Of a stretch of 64,000 bases of DNA, positions 1-13,370 are shown piece by piece. A model generated the notes under the pieces. It was not told the origin of the DNA, searched no databases, and saw nothing but the letters and a program-made list of their open reading frames with translations. Origin of the DNA: Botryllus schlosseri. Its lineage: Eukaryota. The stretch covers positions 16,492,001 through 16,556,000 of the forward strand of contig CM119386.1 of assembly GCA_051294905.1 (NCBI GenBank), in the 5' to 3' direction. The position numbers and the translations under genes were made by a program. Every line of letters starts with the position of its first letter. The stretch's first letter is position 1.

Positions 1-31
1 CGTCATGTCAAAAAGAGCACATCATCTAATA

Positions 32-569
32 CAGAGGTGGGCAACCTTCTTGCTAATCATGGCCGCATTTCGATTACTTATGTAGCCTAAGGCCGCATTC
101 CAGGGCATAGCTGCAATGAACGATCTGGACGCAAAATACCTGTGGTAAACTGTCTATATCCATTCCCGGTGAACTCCGGACCATTCTACTTTTCACAACG
201 GCCTATTGTACGCACCGAAATCGTGAGTGGCAATGTTATGAATAGTTGCTGGGAGTGCATATTGTCGCGCTGGGCGCGAAAAATTTTCAGAGCCGCGAAT
301 AAATTGTTATTTCTTGAGGATTTCCATTCCTGCTCCAATTAAGAAGGGCCCTACTGCATTAAAATCGAAAAATGAAGTCTTGTTGGATTGCGCGGAGCGC
401 GAAGAAAATTTCAAGATTAATTAAAATCTCGCGAAAATTCGGGAGTGAATTCGTAATTACAATTTGCATGTCTACGGCTGCCAACACATACTGATTGAAT
501 TAGGCGTCGACGGCCGCACAAATTCCCTTCTACGGCCGCATGCGGCCGTATACCGGCTGCCCACCCCTG
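32..569. mobile_element. hAT-type MITE (538 bp)
   Basis: TIRs CAGAGGTGGGCAAC / GGCTGCCCACCCCTG; TSD atctaata / atctgata (7/8). Confidence 0.8.
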
Positions 570-899
570 ATCTGATAGTATACATAAGGTATATCTTACG
601 CCAATTTTGAATCCGCATTCCAGTTGTATGGTCTTTTACATTGCTGACAAACTTCCCCAAACTTGTTGGAAAATAACAAAAAAACATTGAAAAGGACATC
701 AATTAATTTCAAGTTAGGTTGCACTGAGACTAATCCTGATGCTGGTAGTGACTACAGAGAGCACGGCGTCGTTCTGTCCTGCCATGGTAAATTTGATCAG
801 TTTTGGAAATGAATTAAATTGTGTTGATTTATAGCCAAATTGAGGGCGAAACCGGGCAACCTATATCGCATCTAAGTCTGTCTTAGGCAGTGCATAGTT

Positions 900-1248
900 C
901 GCCAGCTATCAACAACAGCTACCTAGCGCACAGAGATTTTGGCTACTGCCAAAGCTATAAAGTAATGAATGACTTGCACGTAGTAATTTCTCTAAATCTT
1001 CAAAGAATATCAAAAATTTGCTCAAATGAAATTGAAGTCAGCCTATACTCCGTTGAGCGCGACTGTTGGAGTTTGAGCTTGGCAAGCTTTCTAGAATACG
1101 AATTAAGTCAAATCTTCAATAATCGTCTCTTCAGAATGGTTGTGAAACACATGTTTAGTCACAATTTATACAGACATTGACAAAATTGACAAAAATTTCT
1201 CGCGCCCCCCCTGAGAGCCTCCCGCGCCCCCCAGGTTGAGAACCCCTG
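900..1248 (+). mobile_element. 3' remnant of a Buster/Charlie-type hAT element: transposase C-terminus plus right TIR
   Basis: PAINNSYLAHRDF…NDLHVVISLNLQRISKICSN resembles the PF.TTYLCE.GFS…DLR.ALS…PRI..L tail of Buster transposases. It ends in GGTTGAGAACCCCTG followed by ctctagac (nTCTAGAn-type target). Left end not found. Confidence 0.5.
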
Positions 1249-4200
1249 CTCTAGACTATGACCATGACCATACACTCATACGTATCATGTAAAGTGTAAA
1301 TATAACGGTATGAACCACTTCTACTCGACAATCCAGCACGAGTACGGACTGAAAAAGTACATTGACCACAAAACTACTTATGTATTAGATTACATACGGA
1401 CAGATCTAAACGAGGGACTGTTGGTTTCAAAGCAGGTTATATAAACCATTTGATCATACAGCAAGCGGGTGAGATGATAGAATCCTGTTCGAACCGAAAT
1501 AGAAATTGAATATATTTCCACTCACGTTTGCGCGGTTACGCTGATCGGTAGTTCGGCGTCGGCACTACAAAGGGCTGTCTGTAAAGATTTGCATACCTCA
1601 ACCACAGCAGTCGGGAGGATAAAATTCAAATTTTAACTGGAGTTCATGTTGCACAATGCACACGCCAGTAGCAGAATCAAAGACAGCAGATGACGGTTTA
1701 TGCTGATATGATTAAGCAAAAGCTACAGATTTTTTGGCCAGCTGCATCTGATTATACCACCAAATAATATAAAATGTTGCCAAAGTACCAGATTTAATAG
1801 GAGTGAGATTGGTGAAATTTATACTGAGTCCCCTTTCTCTTAAGGTTCGATTTGCACATTTTCAAGGTTCGTGACGGCATCCGGATTTTATGTAGTGATT
1901 ACTTGATCTCACCGTCGTATCAAATCGGTACAATAACTTTCGATTTCTTGTCGGAAGCCCACTAATGATTGCCTTCAGCCTCACAATCCTATGTACATGT
2001 GTACAGAGAGAAGTTGCGGTCGAACCGGACACTTGATACTTGCAGACCATAATACCTTTTAAGCCGGCGGAAGGTACCGCCAAATGTGGTGACCGATTTG
2101 TTAGCGGCAATGCACGCATGGCAATACAGTTAAACCAAATATTTAAACTTATTACTCCGGCGATCGAAAAACATGCATCACCTGCAGGGCTGAGTTCATG
2201 GGTATTGACAGAGCCTGTTGGTCTAACAATATAATGTACAGTACACGTTTAAGATATACGGCAATCTATAAACTTGGTATTTTACCACTCTCTCTCTCCC
2301 TCTTGCCTTGATAGGATTGCAATATTTACGCTGCCTTCTCAAGCTTTGTAATTCTTAGAAGAAGACACGTCACACATTGCTTCATGTTTATCTGAAATCT
2401 ATATTGTAGATTCCAGAATCTAGCAGAATGCAACAATCATTTTTTTAGTAAAAAGGAACCACAGGCAATAGATTTCCTTGCTGCTCCATATTCTTGACAC
2501 GTCTTTTCCAATCACTTGTCACTAAGACAGATTCAAGTTAGCACAATAAATGCCAGTGTTGAAATAACCGCTAATAATACGTCGGAATCTGTAAGTAAAA
2601 TGGCGTGGCGCTCCCCAAAATGGCACTGCCACATGAATAAGATATTTCGATCGCGTGTCGACTGTCGACGTCGCAATTGGCGGACGAGTATTCTAACCGT
2701 ATCAACTGCCACTAATGTGACCAGTGGGATTATTAAGGTATTATTATATCACTGTGGTCGATAGGGTGGATGGCAGCTGAGAAATTATTTCTGGAGTTGA
2801 ATCTTAATATAAAAAAATGCGCCCTAGCGAAACATCTGCTTTTTATTGTCTATATACTCCGTCGTTCATACCCACAATCAAATAACAGAGAAGCAGTCGA
2901 CGATTCACGATTCGGAAAAGTGGTATCGTTCGTCTGGAAAATGTTTTGCTAAGGCCCACACAGAATTTTCAAGTGGAGAGAATACCATATAGTGAAGATG
3001 GCCAAGGAAGGTCGCAGATCACTTGGTGATCGTTCGTTACATAGAACTGTTGCATTCCGACTGTTCGATTATGCTCTGAATCTATGATCAGTTGATTACT
3101 AACAATGTGCATTATTCCAATTATATGAGTCTTTTCCGGCATAAAGCATGATTTAATTGTTTGGGCATCAAGATGGATTATACGCGTCATTATAATATAT
3201 TTTCAGTATCCTCCAAACATTGAATTGCAGAGCATGTAAACTGAACAATTTCAATTGGTAAGGGTAGTACTAATGACTGGTGGGTCATGCATATGCATAT
3301 TGTATATTCAGGGATTGCAGAGATTGTCAGACCCCCTTTTCGTAAGAAAACTCGATATCCCTTACGAAAATGTAATCATTAGGCAAATTTACAGAGTGAA
3401 TGCCCCTCTATACACGTGCTATAAATTTGAAGGATTCGATAGCAGTCAAAGCACACCATCTGATGTCGAGTATGCCTTGGGTTGTCTTCTACTGTCTCAT
3501 CAATTGTGCAGATGATAATCGGACACACGCCGACATTTGTGACAAGTGTCGGTGTCGGATCGCTACCTAGTATTTGCTGGTAGTGAATGTTGCTTGTCCC
3601 GTATACAAAATATCATGATGATCTCTTTCACTTTCGCGTTATGTTATTAACAGTTTACATTACCCACGAACAATTAATATATGTCTGTCTCTGTGCCAGG
3701 CGGTGCGTACAAATGAAATTCGACCATTGTTCGTTGATGATTTATTCGAAGCGCTTTGCAATTATTGCAATCACGACGTTTTAAATATCGCGGAAAAAGC
3801 GAGTTTATAAAGGTGCCCGTTTTACATTGCGATTAATTTCAAGTGATTAATACTCTCACTGGAATTCGCGATTCGAACCGTTTTAATCTTTCGTTTGCAC
3901 GCTAAATCTTCGCAACGTGACTTTTACTGAAGTCCGAATTGATGGTGCGTAGCATCGATAGAAAATGGAATACCGATCATTCTACCGATCCAAACTAGAA
4001 CTGAAAATTTTGAAGCATTTCGGGTTTTCAACACAGTCTTGGAATTCACCAAGATTGCCAATGCCATGTACCGTACATTCCAGTTTTTACTGTAAGCAAA
4101 GACCAAACGGACATTTCAGTCACCATTTTCCTAACTATTGATTAATATATTTTGTGAAGGTAGAAATTCCCAGATATCGTTCGAATAGCTTGAGTCGCAG

Positions 4201-4320
4201 AATGTATGTATTTCTCCACTCGAATTCTCACTGATTAAGCGATTTTTCAGAAGACTGTTTGCTAAAGAACTTGAGATGTGACTCAATTCCGTTTGTCTTG
4301 TGTACCAATCCATGCCGTAG

Positions 4321-5273
4321 TAGGGATGGTGTGAACGCCAGGTTCACGTTCGCGTTCTGTGTGTGAACCTCGGAAATTTAGAGGTTCGCGTTCACAGCAG
4401 AACCTTGGTAGGTTCTGCACTGTGAACCTTTTTCATATATTAGAATTTCCACTTCATTATAGCATCTTTGGTTCAGATTTATTGCATTTCAACTGCGGGC
4501 CACTCTATGCATGGCGCTGGCAGCATTAAAAATCAACACTAAACGAGCATGCACCTTGACAATCTCAAAAGTTATACTTGCTTTCTTACAAAAGTCTGCA
4601 CGAAATATCCAGCCTTCCGTTTGTGAATATTTAATGACATCTGTTCTGCGAGTTTACCCGCAATCACACAACGCCACGAGCGAAATACATAGTCAGCGAA
4701 TGATGCTTATTCAACCAATCAAGGAAATTGATATCGTTTTCTGATGCAAAAAATCTAGCAGGCGTACGGGGTCAATCTTGACTACATATCCTTACTGCAT
4801 CATTAAAACCAAATCCGTGCGATTGAGGTGTTGGCTACTGCTGTATAACTTGTTAATGGGGGTATTATTGGTAGTAAGTATCAACCCGTTTTACACTCTG
4901 CTCATTATCAATGAACATTGTCCGGTCTGGTCTAGACCGTTAAGGCGTAAGCTTATATTCCCTGGTAAGTCGAAATATTTGGCAAAGCGATGAAAGATAT
5001 TGATTTTATGGGAGCATTATATCCTTTGATTGCCTCAGTTGATACATTTAGCGACGTTTAAAACGCCAATATGTACTTCGGGATTATGGCATTATGTGGC
5101 CCGAGTCGTCGCTAGGTATCGTCTACATTAGTTTAGGCTATCACTTTATTGGAAGATAGGGTTGGAATTAGCAATATGACGTCACGAGGTTCACGTTCGT
5201 GTTCACACAGAACCTTTTAAAAAGGTTCGCGTTTACACGAACCTGAACCTTTCAGAGGTTCACACCATCCCTA
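4321..5273. mobile_element. hAT-type MITE (953 bp) with subterminal GGTTCACG/GAACC repeats
   Basis: 16-bp TIR TAGGGATGGTGTGAAC / GTTCACACCATCCCTA; TSD tgccgtag / ccccgtag (6/8). A homologous copy lies at about 62290-63495. Confidence 0.85.
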
Positions 5274-6532
5274 CCCCGTAGTCTGCAGATTTGCTTTGAG
5301 CACTAACTGGTATTTCCGGATTTTACGGCCGTCAGATCGGATTTCCAGTACACCTAGCAACCAGTCAATGCCATCAGAGCCAGTTTCTGTAATATAATGA
5401 TAATCGCATCTGGATCATTCACCGAAAACACATTGAATGTAAACGAATTGTATTTTGTAACATGAAAGGACACCCAGTCTGACTAATCCACGCGAAATAT
5501 TTATTGACGAATCTTAGCTGGGCTAATGATATTCATAAGGATTTTAAAAGATAAGAGACATGGGGTGTTCTTTTTATTTACAACGGTAGGGGGATACAGG
5601 TTTGTGTTATAGGTTTCGGAGGTTTGGATCCGTCGTCTATACAGATTCTATACATAGATATAGTTCGTTTAAAGATAACTGTACATTATCTCGAAAATGT
5701 TTTCAACTATACACGTCTGGCTGTGGCAGCGAGTATGCCTCTATTTTGGTTTGCTTAATTGCGTGTAGAAACAATTAGATTGATTTTAAATGTCTGGTTT
5801 ATAATTTTACCGTACAAATTGAATGGGTCAGATGCTACTGCAGGCACCAGGCAATGTTATGTGGTCCGACCAAGATAAACCGCCACCGACCTTATAATTA
5901 TGTAGACGTCGATTGGCATCGCAGAGCTATTCTCGTGACCTTTCGGTATTGAAACAAAACCACACACATTTGATAATCTGAAAGCGATTACAGAAATGAT
6001 AAATATTTCCCCGACATTTCGTGATCACATCAGGATTGATTACCGGTCTCCAGGTTCGTGTACCGCGCCTTCATGTCGTCCGTAGAGAAGATATACAAGG
6101 CTACATTTTAAGCTTATGCCAGTCAACAGTTAAAATACTACAGAAGCGGGACTTAATTACAAATGTAAAACACATAATCCCGTCAGCTTCTTATGTCACA
6201 TGTTTGCGAATGTTACGCAGTTTTCCTGGTAGATTACGCTGTTTCGCACGAATTCCGGTATATTTTATTGACAGGTTTTTAAAGTCGCATCGTTTAAGTA
6301 GCAGAAAATCCGGCGACTTTCCAAGTTTAATAACCGATTAGGCGTTTGATACGTGTCTTGGTCCGTCAAAAAACTTAAAATCATGTCGAATCAAATTAAA
6401 GAAATAATTGCATAGTCATTTTCCTGTCATAATCAGTGTCAAAGACAGAGACGAGATGTTGGTATTGTTCTTAATCCCTCATTGCACCACGCTCTCTCCC
6501 ATTCGTCAAAGCCATCAACCATGAGTCCCACG

Positions 6533-7356
6533 CATCGGCGTAGCCATGAGGGCAAAGGAGCCATGCCCCCTCAATTTTACGCGTTGAGAAAGAATGAATA
6601 TTTGATAGTAATATGTGCAAATACCTATATTATGGACGAAATTCATTCATGACGTTGAAAAAATGTTTGCGCACGTCGAGACTAGACAATGGATCCCAAT
6701 ATCTTTCCATAACGTTAGTACTCGCTTTTTCGGGGGTATAGTAAGCTTGTGGGGGCGTTCCGCTTCTACAAGTAGAAAATTTCCTGAGCAACGTATTTTG
6801 CGAGAAAAAAGTGGTGGCACAGACGCTAAAAGTGCTGTCCGCGATGCGAAATCCCCCAGTAGCCAAATTACCATGAATATTTGGCGCCGAGGTGGTTATT
6901 ACGACTGTCTGCTGGAATGTGACCGTACAATGTTGTAGTCGAAATGCGGCTGTGAATAGCAAAAACGTTGACCGCCCCTGCTTAATATGTATATGTACTA
7001 TGTAGTTGTACGTGCCTTCTAAATCTTTGAAGACACCGCTTCTATCAGGTATATCGGCAAGTCTGGAAATTCTAACGTATAGCCAATATGCAAGTAACAA
7101 TATAATTGACCAAGTTGATCTATAAACTTTAAAAAAATTTCGCTCCCGACGCGGAAGTAATGGCATGCTGATTTTTCATAACATTCATATTATATCTGTG
7201 GGTGAAAGCGATGTAAAAGATCCCCTCAGAAATTGTGTTGATGACTCAAGACGGGCCCAAGACCATCATTTTAACGCCATTTTCCCATATCTTTATTAGG
7301 GGTATTTTATCTCATCAAATTTTTGCCTCGTCACTTTTTTTCTGGCTACGCCCTTG
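6533..7356. mobile_element. hAT-type non-autonomous element (824 bp)
   Basis: TIR CATCGGCGTAGCCA / TGGCTACGCCCTTG; TSD gtcccacg / gtcccaca (7/8). Confidence 0.8.
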
Positions 7357-7431
7357 GTCCCACAATGGCACAGGATGGATATATATATGTACACTTGTAC
7401 ATTTATCACCCCAACACCCCCTTTTCGTGGT

Positions 7432-7845
7432 CAGAGCTAGACAACTAGAAAATTTTCAGCTTTTCCAAATTAGAATATAATTAGAATGATAGCTACACAA
7501 GTGTTTCCAAATTAGAGTAGAGTTATAGCTACGCATTTTTTTTTTCGAAATAAGATTAGAATTACAATAACCGAATTCGCGAAAACATGGAAATTCAATC
7601 AAGTTCAGTTCATATTAAATCGCGGGTCGTTCTCATAAGCACGAGCATTACAAATGTCTGTACAGCAAGCTTAGCCCGTTTCGCTCTATACAGTTCTCCT
7701 GCAGCATTTGCTCGAAAACCAGAAACTAGATAAGAACTAAAATTAGAACACAGGATCGTTTCACAAATTAGAATAGAATTCGATGACCAGCATTCCCCTC
7801 CAATTAGTCTAATTAGACAGGTAGAATCATCTGCTTGTCTGAACA
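7432..7845. mobile_element. AATTAG-rich MITE family, degenerate copy
   Basis: Starts CAGAGCTAGACAACT followed by ttttcagcttttccaaattagaa, shared with 40250-40441 and 49827-50220. Right end approximate. Confidence 0.6.
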
Positions 7846-8152
7846 TAGGGATTTGGAAGTGATCCGCCGGACATGTGACTTGTAGCCCTGCTCAACTCAA
7901 AGTATTCGAAGAATAGGATGCACCTGACAAGGATAATAACGAATGCACTTCCAGTAAATTGAAAATGAAACTCAATCCCACAAAAACACCTATACTTCCC
8001 GAATACATTTTAGCTATTTGTTGACGTCGATTGCGCGTTTTCCATAACCACATTCTCTGACAAATATGTGGGAGTTATCGCATTACACTTAGATTACGAC
8101 GCTAATCGCCTGCCAGTTTCGACTGGCATTTGGGCCAATGCGTCGTCACCAT

Positions 8153-8930
8153 CTATTCGTCTCGGACTGGTATATAGGTGGTTGTAACGCTCCAAAGAAT
8201 GCACAGATAGTGATCTCGACAACGAGGATTGAGGACTATGGGCGGCCACAATGGAGAAATGGTGAAGGTTGTGTTTATGGTGGAGGTGTTTAGTTCGATG
8301 AAATCATTGAAACAAGCAGGTTTTCGGCACAATGCTGGCACGACCTGTCAGTACAAGCCATTTCACAAATTTAAACCTGACCCAACTCCAATGCTGCGTT
8401 TTGAGTTCGATTTTGGTCCTCGTTACGCACATGATGATACAATCACTTTGCAGGTAAAATCGTTAGATGTCACAAAATCCAAGGCTCAAACGCTATGAGA
8501 TCACCGCGTAATTCGTGCGCGTGACGTGAGACTCATGACAGCAAACAATAAGATACAACAGTTGGATCTCAACGTAAGTAGCAAATTTTGTACAGAACCA
8601 TATCTGGATCATGACGTATGACATGAAACTTGGCAACAGATAACTTTCTTTTCTATATAAACTTTGCTTTGACATCGTTTTTTTTTGTATAGCACTTTGT
8701 AAAGTATGGTATTCATTATCCGGGAACTGTTTAAACAGATGTTTCGGAGCATCGGTATTGCTTGGGATCACGTAGACAAGATTTAGGATGGTGTGTTTTA
8801 GATTGGACATATTTGCTTTGGGCTGGGACCGTGAGTGGTAGATTCGTAGGGAATTTTTGTTGACTGTTTGGTGCGCGAATATTATTCTTTTTGAAGTCTT
8901 CCGAATAAGCATGTGAGGAGTATCTCGTAA
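8153..8930 (-). mobile_element. Possible degenerate non-LTR retrotransposon fragment (APE endonuclease and linker)
   Basis: PHMLI-(G)DF-like and TILNLVYV motifs in the 8493-9002 ORF, and a linker-like ORF at 8153-8341. Weak, frameshifted similarity. Confidence 0.3.
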
Positions 8931-9603
8931 AGGTATCTTTCGTACCCTACAAAAGAACCAACACAACCCACAAACAAAAATGGCTCTCCATCGCACTACC
9001 ACATGCCGTCCACATTTCTTTTATTTGAATGACATGAACACGACATGGAACAGGGTTGGATGAGCTAACAAACATAACAACGGTACATAGGTGGCGTGTG
9101 TGAATTTCCCGAGATTCTCTGTATGATCAAGGGATGCGATGCTTTCGCGTCCGAGACATACGATTTTTGACAACTAGTAGGCTTCCGATTACCTATTTTG
9201 TACGCATTCCGCAGCGTTGTAACTCAGTTGTAAATAGCTTGTTCCTATTATGATCAGACAAAAGAGTGACAAGAGTCATTATTCACCAGCGGGCCCGCTA
9301 TTCATATGGGAGGTCTCATAGATAATTTGGACAATTAACTGTCAACACAATAGCGTAAAATGGTTACGTTTACAGGGAATATGCTTAACCCCTTTGTTCC
9401 TAAAACCATTAATCGTCCACTGAACGAGATTTCGTCCTCTTAGCCAATCATACGTTTTCGGATATATGAATAGACGCGTGTCTATTAAATATGTAGTATA
9501 TTTGGAAGAACTTTTGCCGAAATTGTGGTTAGGTCAAAAAATTGTAAAAATTGTTAATAATTGTGACATCTAACGATTTTACCTGCAAAGTGATTGTATA
9601 CAT

Positions 9604-9733
9604 CAGTGGTTCTCAACCTTTTTCGCCTCGCGGACCGGTAAAATTTCAAAAAATGTCTGGCGGACCGGTGAACTTTCAAAATTTTAATGAAGCCAAAATG
9701 TAAAGTATGCAACCGTTTTTTGCAAATATATGG
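9604..9733. mobile_element. Left end of an outer Charlie-type hAT element, interrupted by the 9742-10901 insertion
   Basis: CAGTGGTTCTCAACC terminus with cgcggaccgg subterminal repeats. Matching right end not identified. Confidence 0.6.
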
Positions 9734-9741
9734 TGCTAGAG

Positions 9742-10901
9742 CAGTGGTTCTCAACCTTTTTGTCTTCGCGGACCCCTTTCGGACCGTTACGACCCCCGCG
9801 GACCCCCAGAAAGTTTTAGTTCAGATTTAGCTCAATTATCGCGCATTCGTCATCTGATCTCATGACTGTAGGCTCAGTGATAAACAGCATCAAAATGACT
9901 TTTCTTCCAAATAATCCATGTAGAGATTGTGTCAACTGACTTTTATTATTTCAAAGCGAATTCTGCAATTGCATTTCTTGAAATACGTGGTCTCGTCTTG
10001 GGAATCCGCGCCTTCGATAGGATATTAGCGAGTGCCGAAAATCCATTTCAACAATAGGTGGTGGCGGATGTAATGATAACGCGTTACGCTTCAGACGACA
10101 CATAATCGCAACAAATATGGCAACCAACATTGTCAGACATTTTTTTAATGAACAGATAATGTCAAGCGTATAGTCATTTCTATCTAGCACAGTGGTTCTC
10201 AAGCTTTTTTAGACAAGCCCCCCTTATGATCGTGAAAAATTTCGCGGCCACTTATCGTCATATCACAAAATGAAACCAGAGTGCTAGAAATCGCAACTTA
10301 CAGTTTGATGGCATGGAAGGTTGTGACTGTTGATGAGAGTGTTCTCAAATACGAAATTTGGACTATACACCGGGCAACAACCATGAATTGGAGGTAAACC
10401 GCGTGGAGCGAGAAACAACTTTCAGTTGGCCGCAGCTTCGCGCCCCTTTCAGATGCTTTCACGCCCCCCAAGAGGGGTGCTCCTTTTAGTTTGAAAACCA
10501 CCGATCTAAGTAGCTTATTTTGACGTTATTTCGGAAAAATGGTTTTATATGTCGCAGGGGAAAATGGATCTTTGTAAACATTTCCTCAACACCTTACTCA
10601 TCCAACTTTTTTCCACAATCCCCGCAACAAAACATCTCTAAACAGGAAAATGTTGCGTCCGTAGGCTGGTGGCAATTTAGCAATCAAAATGAGTCTGCGT
10701 GGTAGGATATTTCATCTCAGGCTGCCATTCGGTTGAAGTGAGCTATGCAGTATTAATAGTAATGAAGCGTAACTGACTCGTGATTTTCCAAATTTAAAAA
10801 CAATAAAAATCATCTTATCAACTATCTTGAGGCTTCGCGGACCCCCTGAAAATGCTTCGCGGACCCCCAGGGGTCCGCGGACCCCCGGTTGAGAACCACT
10901 G
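9742..10901. mobile_element. Charlie/Buster-type hAT non-autonomous element (1160 bp, including a nested MITE)
   Basis: Perfect 15-bp TIR CAGTGGTTCTCAACC / GGTTGAGAACCACTG; perfect TSD tgctagag; cgcggacccc subterminal repeats. Confidence 0.92.
10190..10503. mobile_element. Nested Charlie-type MITE (314 bp)
   Basis: TIR CAGTGGTTCTCAA / TTGAAAACCACCG; TSD atctagca / atctaagt (5/8). Confidence 0.7.
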
Positions 10902-11289
10902 TGCTAGAGAGTGACATTTAGAGGGTTTTGGTCGTATTTAATTATATTCATGATGGTATCCATGTGATTTTATAGTAGTGAGTCTGCCGAGTCGAGGTAA
11001 AATTGCATTGTCCACATAAACGTGCTACCGCCGAGAGTCGTTTACAGTCTTTCGCGCCGAAGGCTGTGGGTTTAACCGACCACGCCAACTACAAAAATAT
11101 TTTTCTCTTTGACAATATCGAAAGATGCAGCGTATCGCAGCCGAACCAAGCACCTTGTCGTGCTACCTTGCTCATTGCCCACTGCCACGAGACGCAGGCT
11201 ACTCTGGCAACTACGCATACAATGCGTGCCGCAAGAAAACACATTGCAGCAGCTATACCGGCCATCCGCAAATCCGGACCGAAAAAGCA

Positions 11290-11835
11290 CTTCGTCAGCC
11301 CACCCCCAAAAACGTTGATCTTGGAGCCCCCACATGGGGATAAGCCAAACCTCCGGGGGCTTCGCCCCCAGACCCCACAGTTGGGTGGATGTTTTCACCT
11401 GTACTTGTGATCACATCCATTCTACTCAGCGTAAGCAGAGAGTTTACGCAGCTTATCGCGCCAATAGCGAAAATTTTCGATCATTCACGACTGAAGCGGT
11501 TTTCTCGCGGCCGAATTTTTGGCCCACATTTCGGAGTCCCATGTTAACCTAAACTTCATTATGTGTTGGTACGTCGTGGCGCGGTAATGGCGGACGCCGA
11601 AATGCCTATAAATCATGCGTATTTCTCGGAGAAGGGCACCTAATAAGCAAGACATTTAGGGACACTAAATCGTGCAAAGCGCGAAAAGAAAATGAAAAAT
11701 GTTGGAAAAAGTTTCAAATAAATACGCTATGATTTATGTTCATTTGCGAAATAGTTTCGGCCCTTTTCAAGCTCGGGCCCCTCTCCAATTGGGCGGAGTG
11801 GGGTGCCCCAGTTACGGTCCTGCACAAAATGAATG
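11290..11835. repeat. GC-rich dispersed repeat, homologous to parts of 51585-52336
   Basis: Shared blocks ccccaaaaacgttg.tcttgg…gataa.ccaaac, atcgcgcaaagcgcgaaaattt and the terminal agttacggtcctg. Confidence 0.55.
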
Positions 11836-12111
11836 AATCGAAAACCAATGATCAAACTGCGCTTAGCGATGAGGGAGCTCGTATCTGTTCTGTAGGCCTA
11901 CTTGTCGCTCGCATTTCGTCAACTGAAACGTCTTGAACTTTAAGTCAAATCGAACATGTTTCCAGCCCTAATTTTACCTCACGAAGTTATGAAGCACTTT
12001 AAAGTTTGATGTTTTATATATTTTATCAATGGACAAGCCTTCAACAGTGCATCTTGAAATTAAAGTACCAAATTGTAATATTCCTGGCGGACTGGCAGGA
12101 ATGCCGTCGCG

Positions 12112-13370
12112 GAGCGATTTTTTTGACATGTCAAAATTTTGCCAAAATTGTAGCGTTAGGTCAAAATGTTTACAAATTTAAAAAAATTTTGACCTCTGCA
12201 TTTTGTTTGTATCGTAGATTTTGCACTGTCGGTGAACTTAACATTTGACATTTTACAGCTTGTAGCCTATTTTATATGCCTACCGTTGTAGACGGCCCAT
12301 TGTCTGCTCATTGTGAATCATAAACGGTCAAATGAAACAAATAGGTTGACATGGTGTTACGCTCAACTTACCGCAATTTCTTACTGAAGCAAGACTGCTT
12401 GGGCATTGGTTATTATATCAAGAAGCGCATAATGAAAAATTGTGATGTACACACCATTGTCAGAATGAAGCAACACGGTGAGTCACGGGCAGTGTATCCA
12501 CAACTTCAGTGTTGCCAGCCAAAAACTGCTTCTGTTGAACGTTCTTTCTCCATTCTTGGCCAGCTACTTAGTAAGGACAGACACTTTCTACCCGAGGATG
12601 TAGGAAAGTATTTTTCGTTGTACTACAACCAATTTTAATTATTTCTACCATAATGCGTGATGTAACTACGGGAATTCTTCATAGGTCCAAAATTTCGTTA
12701 AAGTAAAGTTTTTTCATGTAAAAATCTGTCAGTTTTAAAGTCAAAAAAGTTTTTTCAGGCCAAACTACTTCGTAAGGACAAGTGCGGAGCATGGACCGGA
12801 GCCGGATTGGACATCCGGCCGGATTTTTCCAATTTTGGCCGGAGCCGGATTGGATCCGGATCAGTACTTTTTCTGATACGGCCGGAGCCGGATCAGTACT
12901 TTTTTGATAAGGCCAGAATCTCTATGGATAAGCATGACTTTTGTTACTAAATAACTACCAACCAACCAACCAACCAACCAACCAACCACTCGCAAGTAAC
13001 CACCAAGCCAGTGCGAAAATAAACGAGCCATATTTATAAATTCACGGAACCACCGTACCGTGTAGGGCCGGATTTCCGCCCAGACTTTTTCATTTTTGGC
13101 CGAAGCCGGATCGGAGCCGAATCAGTACTTTTTCCTGATACGGCCGGAGCCGAATCGGAGTCGGACCAGAGAATTTGTCGATCCGCTCCGCACTAGTAAG
13201 GACAAACAGTTCCAACCAAAAATGAAGATAAATAGTACAATTCTAACATTATGTGCGAAAACACATAATTTACATACACGAGGTCAAAATTGAGTATTTT
13301 AAGGTAAAAAAATGTTAAAATTCCAATTTTTAAGGTCAAAATATTTCGTTTTTTAGGTAAAAAAATTTGC
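12112..13370 (+). mobile_element. hAT deletion-derivative copy A carrying a transposase dimerisation-domain remnant; interrupted at 12780-13195
   Basis: ORF 12351-12638 contains CQPKTASVERSFSILGQLLSKDRHF (hAT dimerisation-type P.TS..VERSFS motif). Colinear with 35643-36486 and the reverse complement of 29470-31580. Ends degenerate. Confidence 0.8.
12780..13195. mobile_element. Nested hAT MITE (416 bp) with GCCGGAGCCGGAT subterminal arrays and an internal (CCAA)n tract at about 12958-12988
   Basis: TIR (A/T)AGTGCGGAGC / GCTCCGCACTA; perfect TSD gtaaggac (12772-12779, 13196-13203). The uninterrupted site is visible in copy B. Confidence 0.9.

Noticed and set aside
11003-11552. Six overlapping ORFs on both strands
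   Set aside because: They lie in a GC-richer repeat-derived stretch where stops are rarer; no recognisable domain or splice support.
12781-13180. Regularly recurring short repeats (gccggagccggat; also gactcgagtc at 51190-52440 and actcga in 48954-49455) superficially like CRISPR arrays
   Set aside because: Spacing is irregular, orientations are mixed, there are no unique spacers of constant length and no cas genes. They sit inside or among TIR elements and fit transposon subterminal repeats.
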